Positions 63,765-64,000 of a DNA stretch of 64,000 nt are shown here, one piece after another. Positions within the stretch are counted from its first letter, which is position 1. Every line of letters begins with the position of its first letter. Both the position numbers and the translations under genes were made by a program. The stretch comes from an uncultured Candidatus Saccharibacteria bacterium. GTDB lineage: Bacteria; Patescibacteriota; Doudnabacteria; UBA920. The DNA lies in NCBI GenBank assembly GCA_964631145.1, contig CAZVXT010000003.1, positions 2,750 through 66,749 on the forward strand, read 5' to 3'. A model generated the notes under the pieces. That model searched no databases. It was not told where the DNA came from and was given only the letters and a program-made list of their open reading frames with translations.

Positions 63765-64000
63765 ATGCCTGCGAAGAAAAAAGAAATTAAAAAGGCTGCA
63801 ATGCCTAAAAAGATAGCGAAAAAGGCTGTTCCTAAACCAGTCGTAAAAAAAGTTGTAGCTAAAAAAGTTGCTAAACCAGTCGCAAAAAAGCCGACTGTGG
63901 CAAAGCCTATTATAAAATCTGTAACTAAAACTGCGGTTAGCAAGCAAGTATTGTCTCCAGCAAAAAAACGAACTAGTAAAAAACTTCCTGCGAAACGCAA
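63765..64000 (+). CDS. Start of a gene with a Lys/Ala/Pro-rich basic N-terminus; 3' partial.
   Basis: MPAKKKEIKKAAMPKKIAKKAVPKPVVKK ... with no stop to the window end. Possibly an rpoD N-terminal extension (dnaG-rpoD synteny) or a histone H1-like protein. Confidence 0.4.
   Translation, partial: MPAKKKEIKKAAMPKKIAKKAVPKPVVKKVVAKKVAKPVAKKPTVAKPIIKSVTKTAVSKQVLSPAKKRTSKKLPAKR

Noticed and set aside
63725-64000. Minus-strand ORFs 63725..64000 and 63759..63947.
   Set aside because: They are the mirror of a plus-strand Lys/Ala-rich coding region that begins at ATG 63765 with good context. The minus-strand translations are Phe/Leu-rich junk.

Overview
The window is low-GC and gene-dense, and looks like a reduced, Gram-positive-like or CPR/Patescibacteria-type genome with standard stop codons. 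The anti-SD CCUCCU at the 16S 3' end fits the frequent AAGGAGG ribosome-binding sites. 

Housekeeping genes include sod, a peroxiredoxin, rny and ymdB in linkage, nusA, clpP, a DnaQ-like exonuclease, an AlkA-like glycosylase, ligA, pyk and dnaG. A large type IV pilus locus lies at 28.8-44.5 kb (pilM, pilN, pilO, pilB, pilT, pilC, major pilin, four pilin-like genes, pilD) with an embedded glycosylation module. 

The rRNA genes are unlinked: 16S sits at 17.7-19.2 kb, while 23S and 5S sit at 49.6-53.75 kb. 

Two things stand out. First, a roughly 5.1 kb integrase-bearing element sits immediately at the 16S 3' end, bounded by 187-bp direct repeats that contain the last 12 nt of 16S; its cargo includes a SEC-C-motif protein with a PD-(D/E)xK-like signature. 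Second, a roughly 655-nt intervening sequence in 23S helix H63, closed by a 21-bp stem, holds four tandem tRNA-like elements whose anticodon loops are all non-canonical. 

Other features include tRNA-Ile(GAT), tRNA-Ala(TGC) and tRNA-Ser(GGA) on the minus strand, a partial tRNA-Ser 3'-end duplicate, an HNH endonuclease next to the 23S promoter, many rho-independent terminators, and a probable frameshift downstream of rny. All calls rest on hand reading of the sequence and ORF translations; no searches were run.
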